Source: a virus
Reading direction: 5' to 3' (one strand)
IMG/VR virus record: IMGVR_UViG_3300015259_000001
DNA length: 48,775 nt
Below are positions 28,664 to 36,340 of this stretch, one piece after another. A model generated the notes under the pieces. The model made no database searches and was not told where the DNA came from. It saw only the letters and a list, made by a program, of their open reading frames with translations. The position numbers and the translations under genes are program-made. Numbering within the stretch: the first letter of the stretch is position 1; each line of letters begins with the position of its first letter.

Positions 28664-28680
28664 TGCAAATCCCATGCCTG
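28664..28680 (-). promoter_or_regulatory. sigma54 (-24/-12) promoter
   Basis: Minus strand CAGGCATGGGATTTGCA. Confidence 0.8.
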
Positions 28681-28723
28681 CGCGTCAATTGCGCGCAAGT
28701 GAACCCAAATGCGGGTCCGCGAA

Positions 28724-28768
28724 CCGGCAAAAGGCCGCAAAATGCGGCCGAGTGCCGAAAATCGTCAC
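28724..28768. promoter_or_regulatory. 45-bp palindromic upstream element, copy 2
   Basis: CCGGCAAAAGGCCGCAAAATGCGGCCGAGTGCCGAAAATCGTCAC. Confidence 0.8.
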
Positions 28769-29037
28769 CCCTTATCCGGGGGAATAAGGCTAGCAGTACG
28801 AGTGAGAGAAAGAGGAAACTCAATCTCAGCCTGCATAACCTTAATAATAATGTCTACTTTTTCAATATTCTTAAAAAGCTCCTCACGCATGTTAATAATC
28901 TTCTCTAGGGTAACATTCTCTTGCGTAGAAGAACAACAAGAACATCCAACAGACTGAATGTGCCAGCCTTGGTAATCACTCCATCCAATATTGTTGAATG
29001 GAGCAAAAATATACAGATTTTCTCTAGGGTCTCTCAT
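28765..29037 (-). CDS. Hypothetical protein
   Basis: SVGCSCCS motif. Confidence 0.55.
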   Translation of the reverse strand: MRDPRENLYIFAPFNNIGWSDYQGWHIQSVGCSCCSSTQENVTLEKIINMREELFKNIEKVDIIIKVMQAEIEFPLSLTRTASLIPPDKG

Positions 29038-29255
29038 ATCTTTATCTTTTTCTGATTACAACGCAGTCCGTACCAGAATGCACGAGCTTTACTGCGCTTA
29101 TAATACTCACCTTTACAGCTATACCTACAAAACCCTTGCTGATAAATGCTACTTGTATAGTGGGTTTTGGGCAATTTCCTATCACACCACAAACATCGCT
29201 GCTCTATCACGGCTTCCACCAATATTTCCAAACCTGCGGTTGCTGCATATTCCAT
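29034..29255 (-). CDS. Hypothetical Zn-finger protein
   Basis: CLWC...FCRYSC. Confidence 0.55.
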   Translation of the reverse strand: MEYAATAGLEILVEAVIEQRCLWCDRKLPKTHYTSSIYQQGFCRYSCKGEYYKRSKARAFWYGLRCNQKKIKI

Positions 29256-29510
29256 GCATTTATGGCTCTTAGTAAATCGGCTATACAGTAAAATTGCTCA
29301 GTTTGTAGCTCGCCTTGAACATTGGTTGGTAGATGTAGCCAAACATATGTCAATCTAAGATTCATTTGATATCTTTATGATCCGAAATTGTAAAATTCCA
29401 CCACAGCCAGCGATAAATAGGCGGATTATGAGCAAGAGTTAGCCTATAAGGTCTCCAATACCGCATAGCAACTCTAAAAGATTGTCCCCAAGAAGCTCTA
29501 ACAAACTTCA

Positions 29511-29714
29511 TTACGAAACCTCGTAATTATCCGCAGCATTCTGCATAGCGGACTCTATAGAGTCCCCTCCAAAAATATCACCATCATGGTCAGTAGGCTC
29601 CATGATATCTATATAATAAATATCAGGGTCTCCTTCCCCTCTAGTCATGAATTTACCGATCTCTACTATTTTTCCAGAATTTACAACTTTTTGGCAGAAT
29701 TCTTCAAAAGACAT
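29511..29714 (-). CDS. Hypothetical protein
   Basis: Co-oriented ORF. Confidence 0.55.
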   Translation of the reverse strand: MSFEEFCQKVVNSGKIVEIGKFMTRGEGDPDIYYIDIMEPTDHDGDIFGGDSIESAMQNAADNYEVS

Positions 29715-30458
29715 TACATAATCCTCAGATAAGGGTCAAATTCGGGATTCTCACCACGAGAATCCTCAACATATCCACGAGGATTGCTACGCATATGCGT
29801 AGAACCGATCTCGATATCGCAAGTCTTGTGCGAGTGACCAAAAAGCCACAAGATAGGTTTATAGTAATAAATGATATCATCCAAATTACTAGCATAGGCA
29901 GAATTTAGCTTATTACCTCGATAATCTTTATGCACGCATTGATAACTAGGCAGATGGTGGCTAACTACTACAACCTTTTCGTTTTCTTTTACCCTACTCA
30001 AATGAGTAACTATATTCTCTCTATCTTGCGCGTGCAATATAGCAGAATGTTCTGGCCTAAATAGATTTTGACCATAACGTATAAAAGTATAGTCATTTAG
30101 TTGTCTATTTACATACATGGCAAACATTGGGTCACTCCGGTCATTGTCTGTCCAAAGTGTAGTGCCAATAAATCTAATATCTCCGATGATACATGTACCA
30201 CCGTTCAGGTAATGCACATTGTCAGGCCACGAAAATTCATCCAAGTCTTTACGAACTTGGGTATAGTTTCCTTTGTAAAATTCGTGATTCCCCGCAACGT
30301 ATACTATGCCCTTGAATCGACTTGCCATAGACCAAATCCATTCGGCACCCTGCAAGCCTATGCCGATATCTCCGGGTATCCTCGGAATCCGTAGGCAGAG
30401 AGGGAATCTCAAACCCTTGAAATTCAAGGTGAATATCGCTGATTAGGCGAATAGCCAT
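29714..30458 (-). pseudogene. Calcineurin-like metallophosphoesterase, frameshifted near 30374
   Basis: Motif I (ISDIHLE) is in ORF 30249..30458; GD, GNHE, HH and GHSH motifs are in ORF 29714..30427. Confidence 0.8.
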
Positions 30459-30692
30459 TTAGTTAGTTCTCAAATGAGGATATACTTAAGTCCAGTTAGG
30501 GCATCAAGTATAACATCTTTCCAAAACTTCATTAGAGATTTACCTCTAATAATCAGTCCAGATAACCACGCTTACCAATTTCATAACAAGTAAACACCCA
30601 CACACTCAAAACCCAAAACTGCCAATGTTCTAGTGCGTAGATTCCGCAGATACCAAGAATTAGTCCATTAACACCGCCGAAAATAAGAAATT

Positions 30693-31043
30693 TCATGTTT
30701 TGCTCCAAGTAAATTCACAATTAGCAGGAGCACCCTCAAACATTGGCTTGATTTGCGTTTCTGTATAACCCGCCAGACCGCAACCTATCCGAGTTACATA
30801 GAAATGCAAATCTGGATTCTCTTTGGCATACACAATAAATTCAGATATATATTCTTGAATTTCCTCTATTGGGAGGGTTCGTAGGTTGGCATCTTTTGTA
30901 GGAATCGCATAACTATTGCCAGTCCTACCTTTACCCACACCATATTGTGCGCTATGCAATTGTCTAGCCGTAAGCGCAGCACCTTTGCCATGCCTACCCG
31001 CTAGATTTGAACCAAATACAAAAATCGACATTATGTTATCCAA
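30693..31043 (-). CDS. A1S_2505-like phage protein (macro-like fold)
   Basis: IFVFGSNLAGRHGKGAA, SYAIPT, VTRIGCGLAG. Confidence 0.85.
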   Translation of the reverse strand: MDNIMSIFVFGSNLAGRHGKGAALTARQLHSAQYGVGKGRTGNSYAIPTKDANLRTLPIEEIQEYISEFIVYAKENPDLHFYVTRIGCGLAGYTETQIKPMFEGAPANCEFTWSKT

Positions 31044-31103
31044 AATTGCTTAGGTTCTCAGGCCAGAGGCTTATGCCTATCGTTTGGCAACCTAAGCGGG
31101 TTA

Positions 31104-31192
31104 TAAGTCCTCAAATAAGCCTAGCATTGGGTTGTACGCTTGGAAATCGCGTTTGCGACCGTAGCCCAATGCTAGGCTTGAATCAAGACTTA
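31104..31192 (-). other. Conserved intergenic RNA hairpin, copy C
   Basis: UAAGUCUUGAUUCAAGCC...GGCUUAUUUGAGGACUUA; C-G to U-A compensatory change relative to copies A and B. Confidence 0.75.
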
Positions 31193-31194
31193 CT

Positions 31195-31377
31195 CTAGCA
31201 TGGAATTACACCGTCCGCAGGATACACACCCGTAACCTCCGACCAATAGCCTGCTTCCTTATGCCATTGCTCTACCGTTTGTGGGTCAGGTTCATCGCTG
31301 AATCTGCGAAAAGCCTCATCTTCGCTTTCAGCTTCTACTGAAAAAGCCTTCGTTACTTCTACAATAAACTTAGCCAT
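31195..31377 (-). CDS. Hypothetical protein
   Basis: Co-oriented ORF. Confidence 0.6.
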   Translation of the reverse strand: MAKFIVEVTKAFSVEAESEDEAFRRFSDEPDPQTVEQWHKEAGYWSEVTGVYPADGVIPC

Positions 31378-31555
31378 TTTTACCTTTTTCTGTTCTTAGG
31401 TATTTTTGATAATCTTGATAATCTTGATAATCTTGGATGATCTTAGCTTCAATAAGGTAGTCTTTCTTGACTTCGTCCCAAGTTACCTCGGGGTCAAGGC
31501 ATCCATATTCCTTATCGCGCTCAAAACAAGTCTTAGCAAGCGTTTCAAGATTCAA
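31370..31555 (-). CDS. Hypothetical protein, paralog of 31552..31728
   Basis: DKEYGCL.PEVTWDEVKKDYLIEA; (QDY)x3 9-bp repeat. Confidence 0.6.
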   Translation of the reverse strand: MNLETLAKTCFERDKEYGCLDPEVTWDEVKKDYLIEAKIIQDYQDYQDYQKYLRTEKGKNG

Positions 31556-31728
31556 ACGTGATTCTTTCGTGCTTCACGGGTTTCAAGCTCACGAGCTACG
31601 AAAGCCTCAGCCTCGATAAGGTAATCTTCCTTGACCTCATCCCAAGTTGCCTCGGGATTCGCAAGACATCCTTCCTCTTTGTCGGTACGGAAGAAATGCT
31701 TAGCCAGTAGTTCAATTACATCATTCAT
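31552..31728 (-). CDS. Hypothetical protein (58 aa, not in the ORF track)
   Basis: MNDVIELLAKHFFRTDKEEGCLANPEATWDEVKEDYLIEA...; AAGG RBS. Confidence 0.65.
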   Translation of the reverse strand: MNDVIELLAKHFFRTDKEEGCLANPEATWDEVKEDYLIEAEAFVARELETREARKNHV

Positions 31729-31732
31729 TACC

Positions 31733-32002
31733 TTATTCCTTATAATAGTCGCTAGCAGAGGGTGCTGACTCTACAGTTTCTCCAATAAACTCAATCACCG
31801 TTTCACCGTCCACACCCTCAAAGATCATCCAGTTAGCTGCACTCAGCTTGCTAGTCAGATACTTACAGAGTGGTGAAGCATTAGGAGAAAAAACAGGCTC
31901 ATTCTCAGGACACGCCCTCATGTGAGCCTCGATAAGGGCATTATAAGTAGGATGCTGATAAACATATTCAGCTTCAGGCCCAAGGTCCATGATTACCTCC
32001 AA
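31733..32002 (-). CDS. Hypothetical protein
   Basis: Co-oriented ORF. Confidence 0.55.
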   Translation of the reverse strand: MEVIMDLGPEAEYVYQHPTYNALIEAHMRACPENEPVFSPNASPLCKYLTSKLSAANWMIFEGVDGETVIEFIGETVESAPSASDYYKE

Positions 32003-32587
32003 AAGTTATAGATATCCGGGTCGTAAGGGTCCTTGCACTCGAAAATCTTGCTGAGAACCGCGTTGATACCGTAGTATACGACACCAGCGGTGATATAGCC
32101 AGCAAAAAATACGGCAACAAAAATAATCATTCTTTTACTCCTGAGAGTCGAAGACCTTACCGTCTTCATCCCAAAGCTTTTTGCAATCGTCCATTTTATA
32201 TCCTTTTAGCTTTGATTAGAGCACTACGAACACGCTCTATATCATTAGGTCTACCGATTTTCTTAGCTATAGTTTCAAGGCTATGTACGCCCTTGTCCCA
32301 CAGCTTTATAATTCTCTGATCTGTATGGCTTACCATAAAGACCCCGCCGCGTTTATTCGTCCGCGAAAACGCCTCGAAAACCCGCGTTATCCCGCGTCAC
32401 GATGCGCCAAATGCGCCAGAATCGACGATACCACTCGGATCGGTGTCCGCACCCTCGCGCGTCGGCGTTTGCGCTTCCTGCGCGATTCCTCGCGGTTGCT
32501 GCCGAGTAGTCTTAGCCTCACACTTCTCACAGCAACACCATTCCCAAGGCATATCTTGTGACTGAAGGTATCCAGCGATACAAAACA

Positions 32588-33046
32588 TTATATACTTGCC
32601 GTTCCCTGATTCATGTGCAAGTCCAGAATCAGGCGATAGATTAGTCTATTCGGATGATATGGAGCCTTGAAAAACTCCTCATCCGTACCAAGAAAGATTT
32701 TGCTCAAAGCAGCAGCAACACCAGCACTCCTAGAGATGCCAGCGTCACAATGAACATAAAGCTCTTGGATAGCCAACACATTCCAGCGGATAAAAGCGTA
32801 AATTTCCCTCGCATGGAGCGTATCGGGCAGAATATAGGGCTCCCCATTCATGTCAACCCCACCTGCTTCCGTGGAGTCCATGTCATGAAAAGCTACACGC
32901 TTTATCCCGATATCGTAAGGCTTACGATGCTGAATATAGGCGATATCATCCCCCGGAGTGGTAATAGAAATCCAAGCATGATGCACCTTCGGAGGGGGAA
33001 TAAACTTTTCTGCTTCTTTGCGCGAGAAAACCCTGATCTTTTCCAT
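32588..33046 (-). CDS. Protein-tyrosine/dual-specificity phosphatase-like protein
   Basis: ISIT, FHD, VHCDAGISRS (CX5R), PN.LIY. Confidence 0.88.
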   Translation of the reverse strand: MEKIRVFSRKEAEKFIPPPKVHHAWISITTPGDDIAYIQHRKPYDIGIKRVAFHDMDSTEAGGVDMNGEPYILPDTLHAREIYAFIRWNVLAIQELYVHCDAGISRSAGVAAALSKIFLGTDEEFFKAPYHPNRLIYRLILDLHMNQGTASI

Positions 33047-33051
33047 GTGTC

Positions 33052-33249
33052 TTAGTCCAAATCCGTTACAGGACGGATAGAGTTATTGTTTCGCATGATA
33101 GCGAGCACATTCGCCCGCTCTTTGCGCTTCACTTGCTCGCGATCAATACAAGGAATGCACCTACCGCATCCCTCATCGTGTCGTGGGTGGTAAAAAATAC
33201 TACTCTCAGGGCACTTGACCCACCCAATTGCCGCATAATTATCTGACAT
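33052..33249 (-). CDS. Hypothetical protein
   Basis: Co-oriented ORF with Cys motifs. Confidence 0.5.
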   Translation of the reverse strand: MSDNYAAIGWVKCPESSIFYHPRHDEGCGRCIPCIDREQVKRKERANVLAIMRNNNSIRPVTDLD

Positions 33250-33357
33250 TTCTACTTCCCTTACTCCAAGTTGCCCACGCTAATGCGCTAGGGAATAATA
33301 CCCACATAAATATATGTATCAGGTAATTATTCCATAAAGCACAGAATAGGTCAAGCA

Positions 33358-33564
33358 TTAGTCTTGAGGATACTGACAGGTCATGTGACCTTTGACCTCA
33401 CCTTGCTCGCCGCAATCGGGGCAAAACACCCTTGCGCGTTTCTTGCCTGCACGCTGCGCGTTCTTGACGGATTGACTTTTGCGTGCCGAATACTTATCAA
33501 AAGTCTTGTTATTGCAGCAAGCACAGCCCGGCCTCAAAGCCTGCTTACCATGATAAGGTTTCAT
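33358..33564 (-). CDS. Hypothetical Cys-rich protein
   Basis: GCACC, CPDC. Confidence 0.55.
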   Translation of the reverse strand: MKPYHGKQALRPGCACCNNKTFDKYSARKSQSVKNAQRAGKKRARVFCPDCGEQGEVKGHMTCQYPQD

Positions 33565-33797
33565 GCTAGCAATTTCCTCACGAATAGGGCAGCGTTATGG
33601 TGATACCAGCAATAGCCTTTTACGCTATCGTAATATGAAACTTTGCCGCACTTGCAGCAATAGCCATTGTTTTTTACGAATGCCTCAGCCTCATCTCTTG
33701 TGGAAAAGGATACAATATGTTCCCATTCCCCATTGGAGATAGGCTTGGCAATGTAAAACAATGTCTTGCTTTCACCATGCCAAACGATGATACGCAT
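33561..33797 (-). CDS. Hypothetical protein
   Basis: AAGGA RBS. Confidence 0.55.
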   Translation of the reverse strand: MRIIVWHGESKTLFYIAKPISNGEWEHIVSFSTRDEAEAFVKNNGYCCKCGKVSYYDSVKGYCWYHHNAALFVRKLLA

Positions 33798-33924
33798 TAC
33801 CGGATATCCTTTACGAAATACTTATAACCAAATAGCCTAATATAGACAGCCTTATCACTACCTATGATTAGCCTATCGGCTATCATTCTGACTATTCTCC
33901 GCCCCACAAACCAAATAGGCGGCA

Positions 33925-34200
33925 TTACCAGTCCCAACCCTCACGCTGAGCCTTGCGCGCATAGCACGCAGAATTTTCCCTTTCCCAAGGGAACAGCCAA
34001 TACGTTGACTTGTCTACCTCGCCTTGGGAATTGATTACCAAATCCCCACTTACCTTGCGCTTCATGGCTAGCGATAGGATAGAACCCTCCGATATCACGA
34101 TATGATTCGTGGGGCTACCATATACCAGCCTGAATTTGGGTTTCCAAGGTTTGATGCACTTGCAAATGGGTGAAAGCAACCCACAAAGGATACAACGCAT
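33925..34200 (-). CDS. Hypothetical protein
   Basis: AAGGA RBS. Confidence 0.55.
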   Translation of the reverse strand: MRCILCGLLSPICKCIKPWKPKFRLVYGSPTNHIVISEGSILSLAMKRKVSGDLVINSQGEVDKSTYWLFPWERENSACYARKAQREGWDW

Positions 34201-34213
34201 TGTTTAGATCCTT

Positions 34214-34444
34214 CTACCAAGAGGTAATCTCTGGTACAAACGTCCAAGCGTACAGTCTGGCGGCAGGATAAAAGTAGGCATAACCCTTCTGTCCTACCTT
34301 GAAACCATTGTTGGCGACATAATATCTATCATCACCAATGGTTATGGCTGCTTCATGCCCTGCCAAGCTCACTACTGTAGCAGGATGTCCCTCATGCCCA
34401 TTGATATCCCTACGAATCGTATACTCTGACATTATTTCGTGCAA
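34214..34444 (-). CDS. Hypothetical protein
   Basis: Co-oriented ORF. Confidence 0.55.
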   Translation of the reverse strand: MHEIMSEYTIRRDINGHEGHPATVVSLAGHEAAITIGDDRYYVANNGFKVGQKGYAYFYPAARLYAWTFVPEITSW

Positions 34445-34665
34445 CCTTTCCCGATAGGCTTGAAGTATTCCATGCGCTTCCAGATATTCGTGGAATACGC
34501 AGGAGTCTTAGCCATAGGTGCAGGCTTGACCCGCATGTATCGAAACGTTGCATTCTTGGGGAAACGCACAATACCCTGCGGCTCCCGCTTCCCATAAAGC
34601 TTAGCCACAGCTTCCCGCAGGCTTGCGTTCATACGCAAAGCCTGTATGATTTGCTCTTTGGTCAT
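34432..34665 (-). CDS. Hypothetical basic protein, first gene after a sigma54 promoter
   Basis: GGAGG RBS. Confidence 0.65.
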   Translation of the reverse strand: MTKEQIIQALRMNASLREAVAKLYGKREPQGIVRFPKNATFRYMRVKPAPMAKTPAYSTNIWKRMEYFKPIGKGCTK

Positions 34666-34689
34666 AGCCTACCTCCACCGCCGCAGACC

Positions 34690-34706
34690 TGCAAACGCCG
34701 TGCCTG
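34690..34706 (-). promoter_or_regulatory. sigma54 (-24/-12) promoter
   Basis: Minus strand CAGGCACGGCGTTTGCA. Confidence 0.82.
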
Positions 34707-34749
34707 CACATAAATGAGCGGCAAATGGACCCTACTTGACCCTCATTCC

Positions 34750-34794
34750 CCGGCAAAAGGCCGCATTTTGCGGCCGAGTGCCGAAAATCGTCAC
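34750..34794. promoter_or_regulatory. 45-bp palindromic upstream element, copy 3 (loop inverted)
   Basis: CCGGCAAAAGGCCGCATTTTGCGGCCGAGTGCCGAAAATCGTCAC. Confidence 0.8.
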
Positions 34795-34834
34795 TTGCAC
34801 CTAAAGCAAATATACGCTACCACGCTTACCATAC

Positions 34835-35020
34835 TTACCTAGAGTGAGGGCTCAGTCTATAGTAGTCCGACTAAACTATCTAACCTTTGAAGCTAAAGAA
34901 TCGACTTCCGCATAACGTACTCCACCCTTAGGCTTCAGCATACGTTACTCCGCCTATCTTTAGACTAGGGTAGCTAGTCTAACCCTCGCCTGTCTACCGT
35001 GCAGCTTATACTCTAGGTAA
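34835..35020 (-). ncRNA. Candidate structured ncRNA (about 185 nt)
   Basis: 11-bp closing inverted repeat TTACCTAGAGT/ACTCTAGGTAA, internal helices, no ORF. Confidence 0.4.
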
Positions 35021-35172
35021 ACCTTTTGTTTTTTTCCTATGTTTTATACTATTCGCTGCCCATACTCTGGACAGACGCCTAGTCTAAGGCTAACCCTAGC
35101 CTAACCTAAACCTACCGTAGCAGGCTTGGGTTAGACTAGGGTAGGTTGCAGTCCCTACCCTAGTCCCGTACC

Positions 35173-35508
35173 TCAGACCTCGCCGTTCAGGATGCGGAGC
35201 CGCGCGGCGGAGCCCCGGTCACCCTTCCACGAGAGAAGGTCGGCATTCTGGCGCAGAAAGGCCACGACCTCCGCCTTGTGCTCGTACAGATAGACGAGCG
35301 TCTCGGCGTGCAGGGTAAGGCCGAACTTGATCGAGCTTCCGGGAATACCCCGAAGCTGAACGTTCCGACCCGACCCATCGTCCTTGAGAGGCGTCACCTT
35401 GAAGGACGGCTTGCCGCCCATCGTGGCGATTCCTGCCTCGGCGAGGACGCGCTTCCTCTCCTCGGGCGAGAGGTTGGCCAAAGCCTGCGCGAGATTGACG
35501 TTTTCCAT
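35173..35508 (-). CDS. GC-rich hypothetical protein; probable first early gene
   Basis: 111 aa with G/C-ending codons; GGAG RBS; downstream of the sigma54 promoter cluster. Confidence 0.75.
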   Translation of the reverse strand: MENVNLAQALANLSPEERKRVLAEAGIATMGGKPSFKVTPLKDDGSGRNVQLRGIPGSSIKFGLTLHAETLVYLYEHKAEVVAFLRQNADLLSWKGDRGSAARLRILNGEV

Positions 35509-35650
35509 GACGTAGTTTCTCCGTTGTATGGATAGCTACGCTGGAGTGTTAGTCCTAGTCGATACTCTCTCCCGAGACTACGCTCTCAGCGTAGCCGACC
35601 TTGTTTGCTTCCACGCTCCACCGTGGGGCGTTTCGGCGAAACGACCCTAG

Positions 35651-35667
35651 TGCAGACCTCGTGCCAA
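35651..35667 (-). promoter_or_regulatory. sigma54-like promoter
   Basis: Minus strand TTGGCACGAGGTCTGCA. Confidence 0.7.
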
Positions 35668-35826
35668 GTGCAATTCGTGTGCAACTTCGACCCGCAAGTG
35701 CCCGAATTTGCTCGGGAATATCAGCAACCGGCAAGTTACAATGCCAGCGGAAAAAGTGACAAAATTCGTCACTTTGAGCCGCAAATTGTGTCACTTGCAC
35801 ATTAGTTGCACATTCCCCCGAGCGGT

Positions 35827-35845
35827 GATAATGATAATCAATATC
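35827..35845. promoter_or_regulatory. Fur box
   Basis: GATAATGATAATCAATATC, 18/19 match to the classical consensus GATAATGATAATCATTATC. Confidence 0.75.
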
Positions 35846-35878
35846 AATTCCCTCGCCTTCCCTCATCTCGTAGGGGAT

Positions 35879-36051
35879 TGCAAGAATCGTGCCCAAGTGG
35901 CGCATATAAGAAAGGAATGGAAATTGCTTGCAATGCAATAATCATGCCATGCCTAATGTCTAGGCATATTCGAGGATGCGCGAGGGGATTGCAAGAATCG
36001 TGCCGCCTAGAACATAGGCAAGAGCGTACGGCGTTGCAAAAAGCGTGCCAA
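35879..36051 (-). promoter_or_regulatory. Array of four tandem sigma54 (-24/-12) sites
   Basis: TGGGCACGATTCTTGCA (35879-95), ATGGCATGATTATTGCA (35934-50), GCGGCACGATTCTTGCA (35990-36006), TTGGCACGCTTTTTGCA (36035-51). Confidence 0.85.
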
Positions 36052-36129
36052 GTGCATCTTTTGTGCAAGTTGCCGGTTGTTTTCTAGTGAAAACACCTAA
36101 AGCCGCGTCAATGTTAGATTCTTTAGTGT

Positions 36130-36142
36130 TATCAATGGGTTA
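36130..36142 (+). promoter_or_regulatory. IHF consensus site
   Basis: TATCAATGGGTTA fits WATCAANNNNTTR. Confidence 0.5.
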
Positions 36143-36340
36143 GAAAGCTAGTTGCTTGTGTGTTGCACATGGGGGGTGGCCTTTTTTAGCTAAGGCCGCT
36201 CCTAAATATATCCGCTTTTCCCGTTGGGATTAAAATCCTGTGTAGTTATAGGTTTAAGTATATAGATATACTTAATGTAATATTATTCAATTAGGCTACA
36301 TAGAAGGAATTAACGTATACAATCGTGCGTATAGGCGGGA

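Noticed and set aside
18168-34794. 45-bp repeats as a CRISPR array or att sites
   Set aside because: Only three copies, kilobases apart, with no spacer structure and no cas or integrase in the window; their position relative to the sigma54 boxes explains them better.
35555-36087. ORFs over the control region (also 18069-18312 and 28599-28957)
   Set aside because: Shadow ORFs arising from GC-rich regulatory repeats, with no protein-like features.
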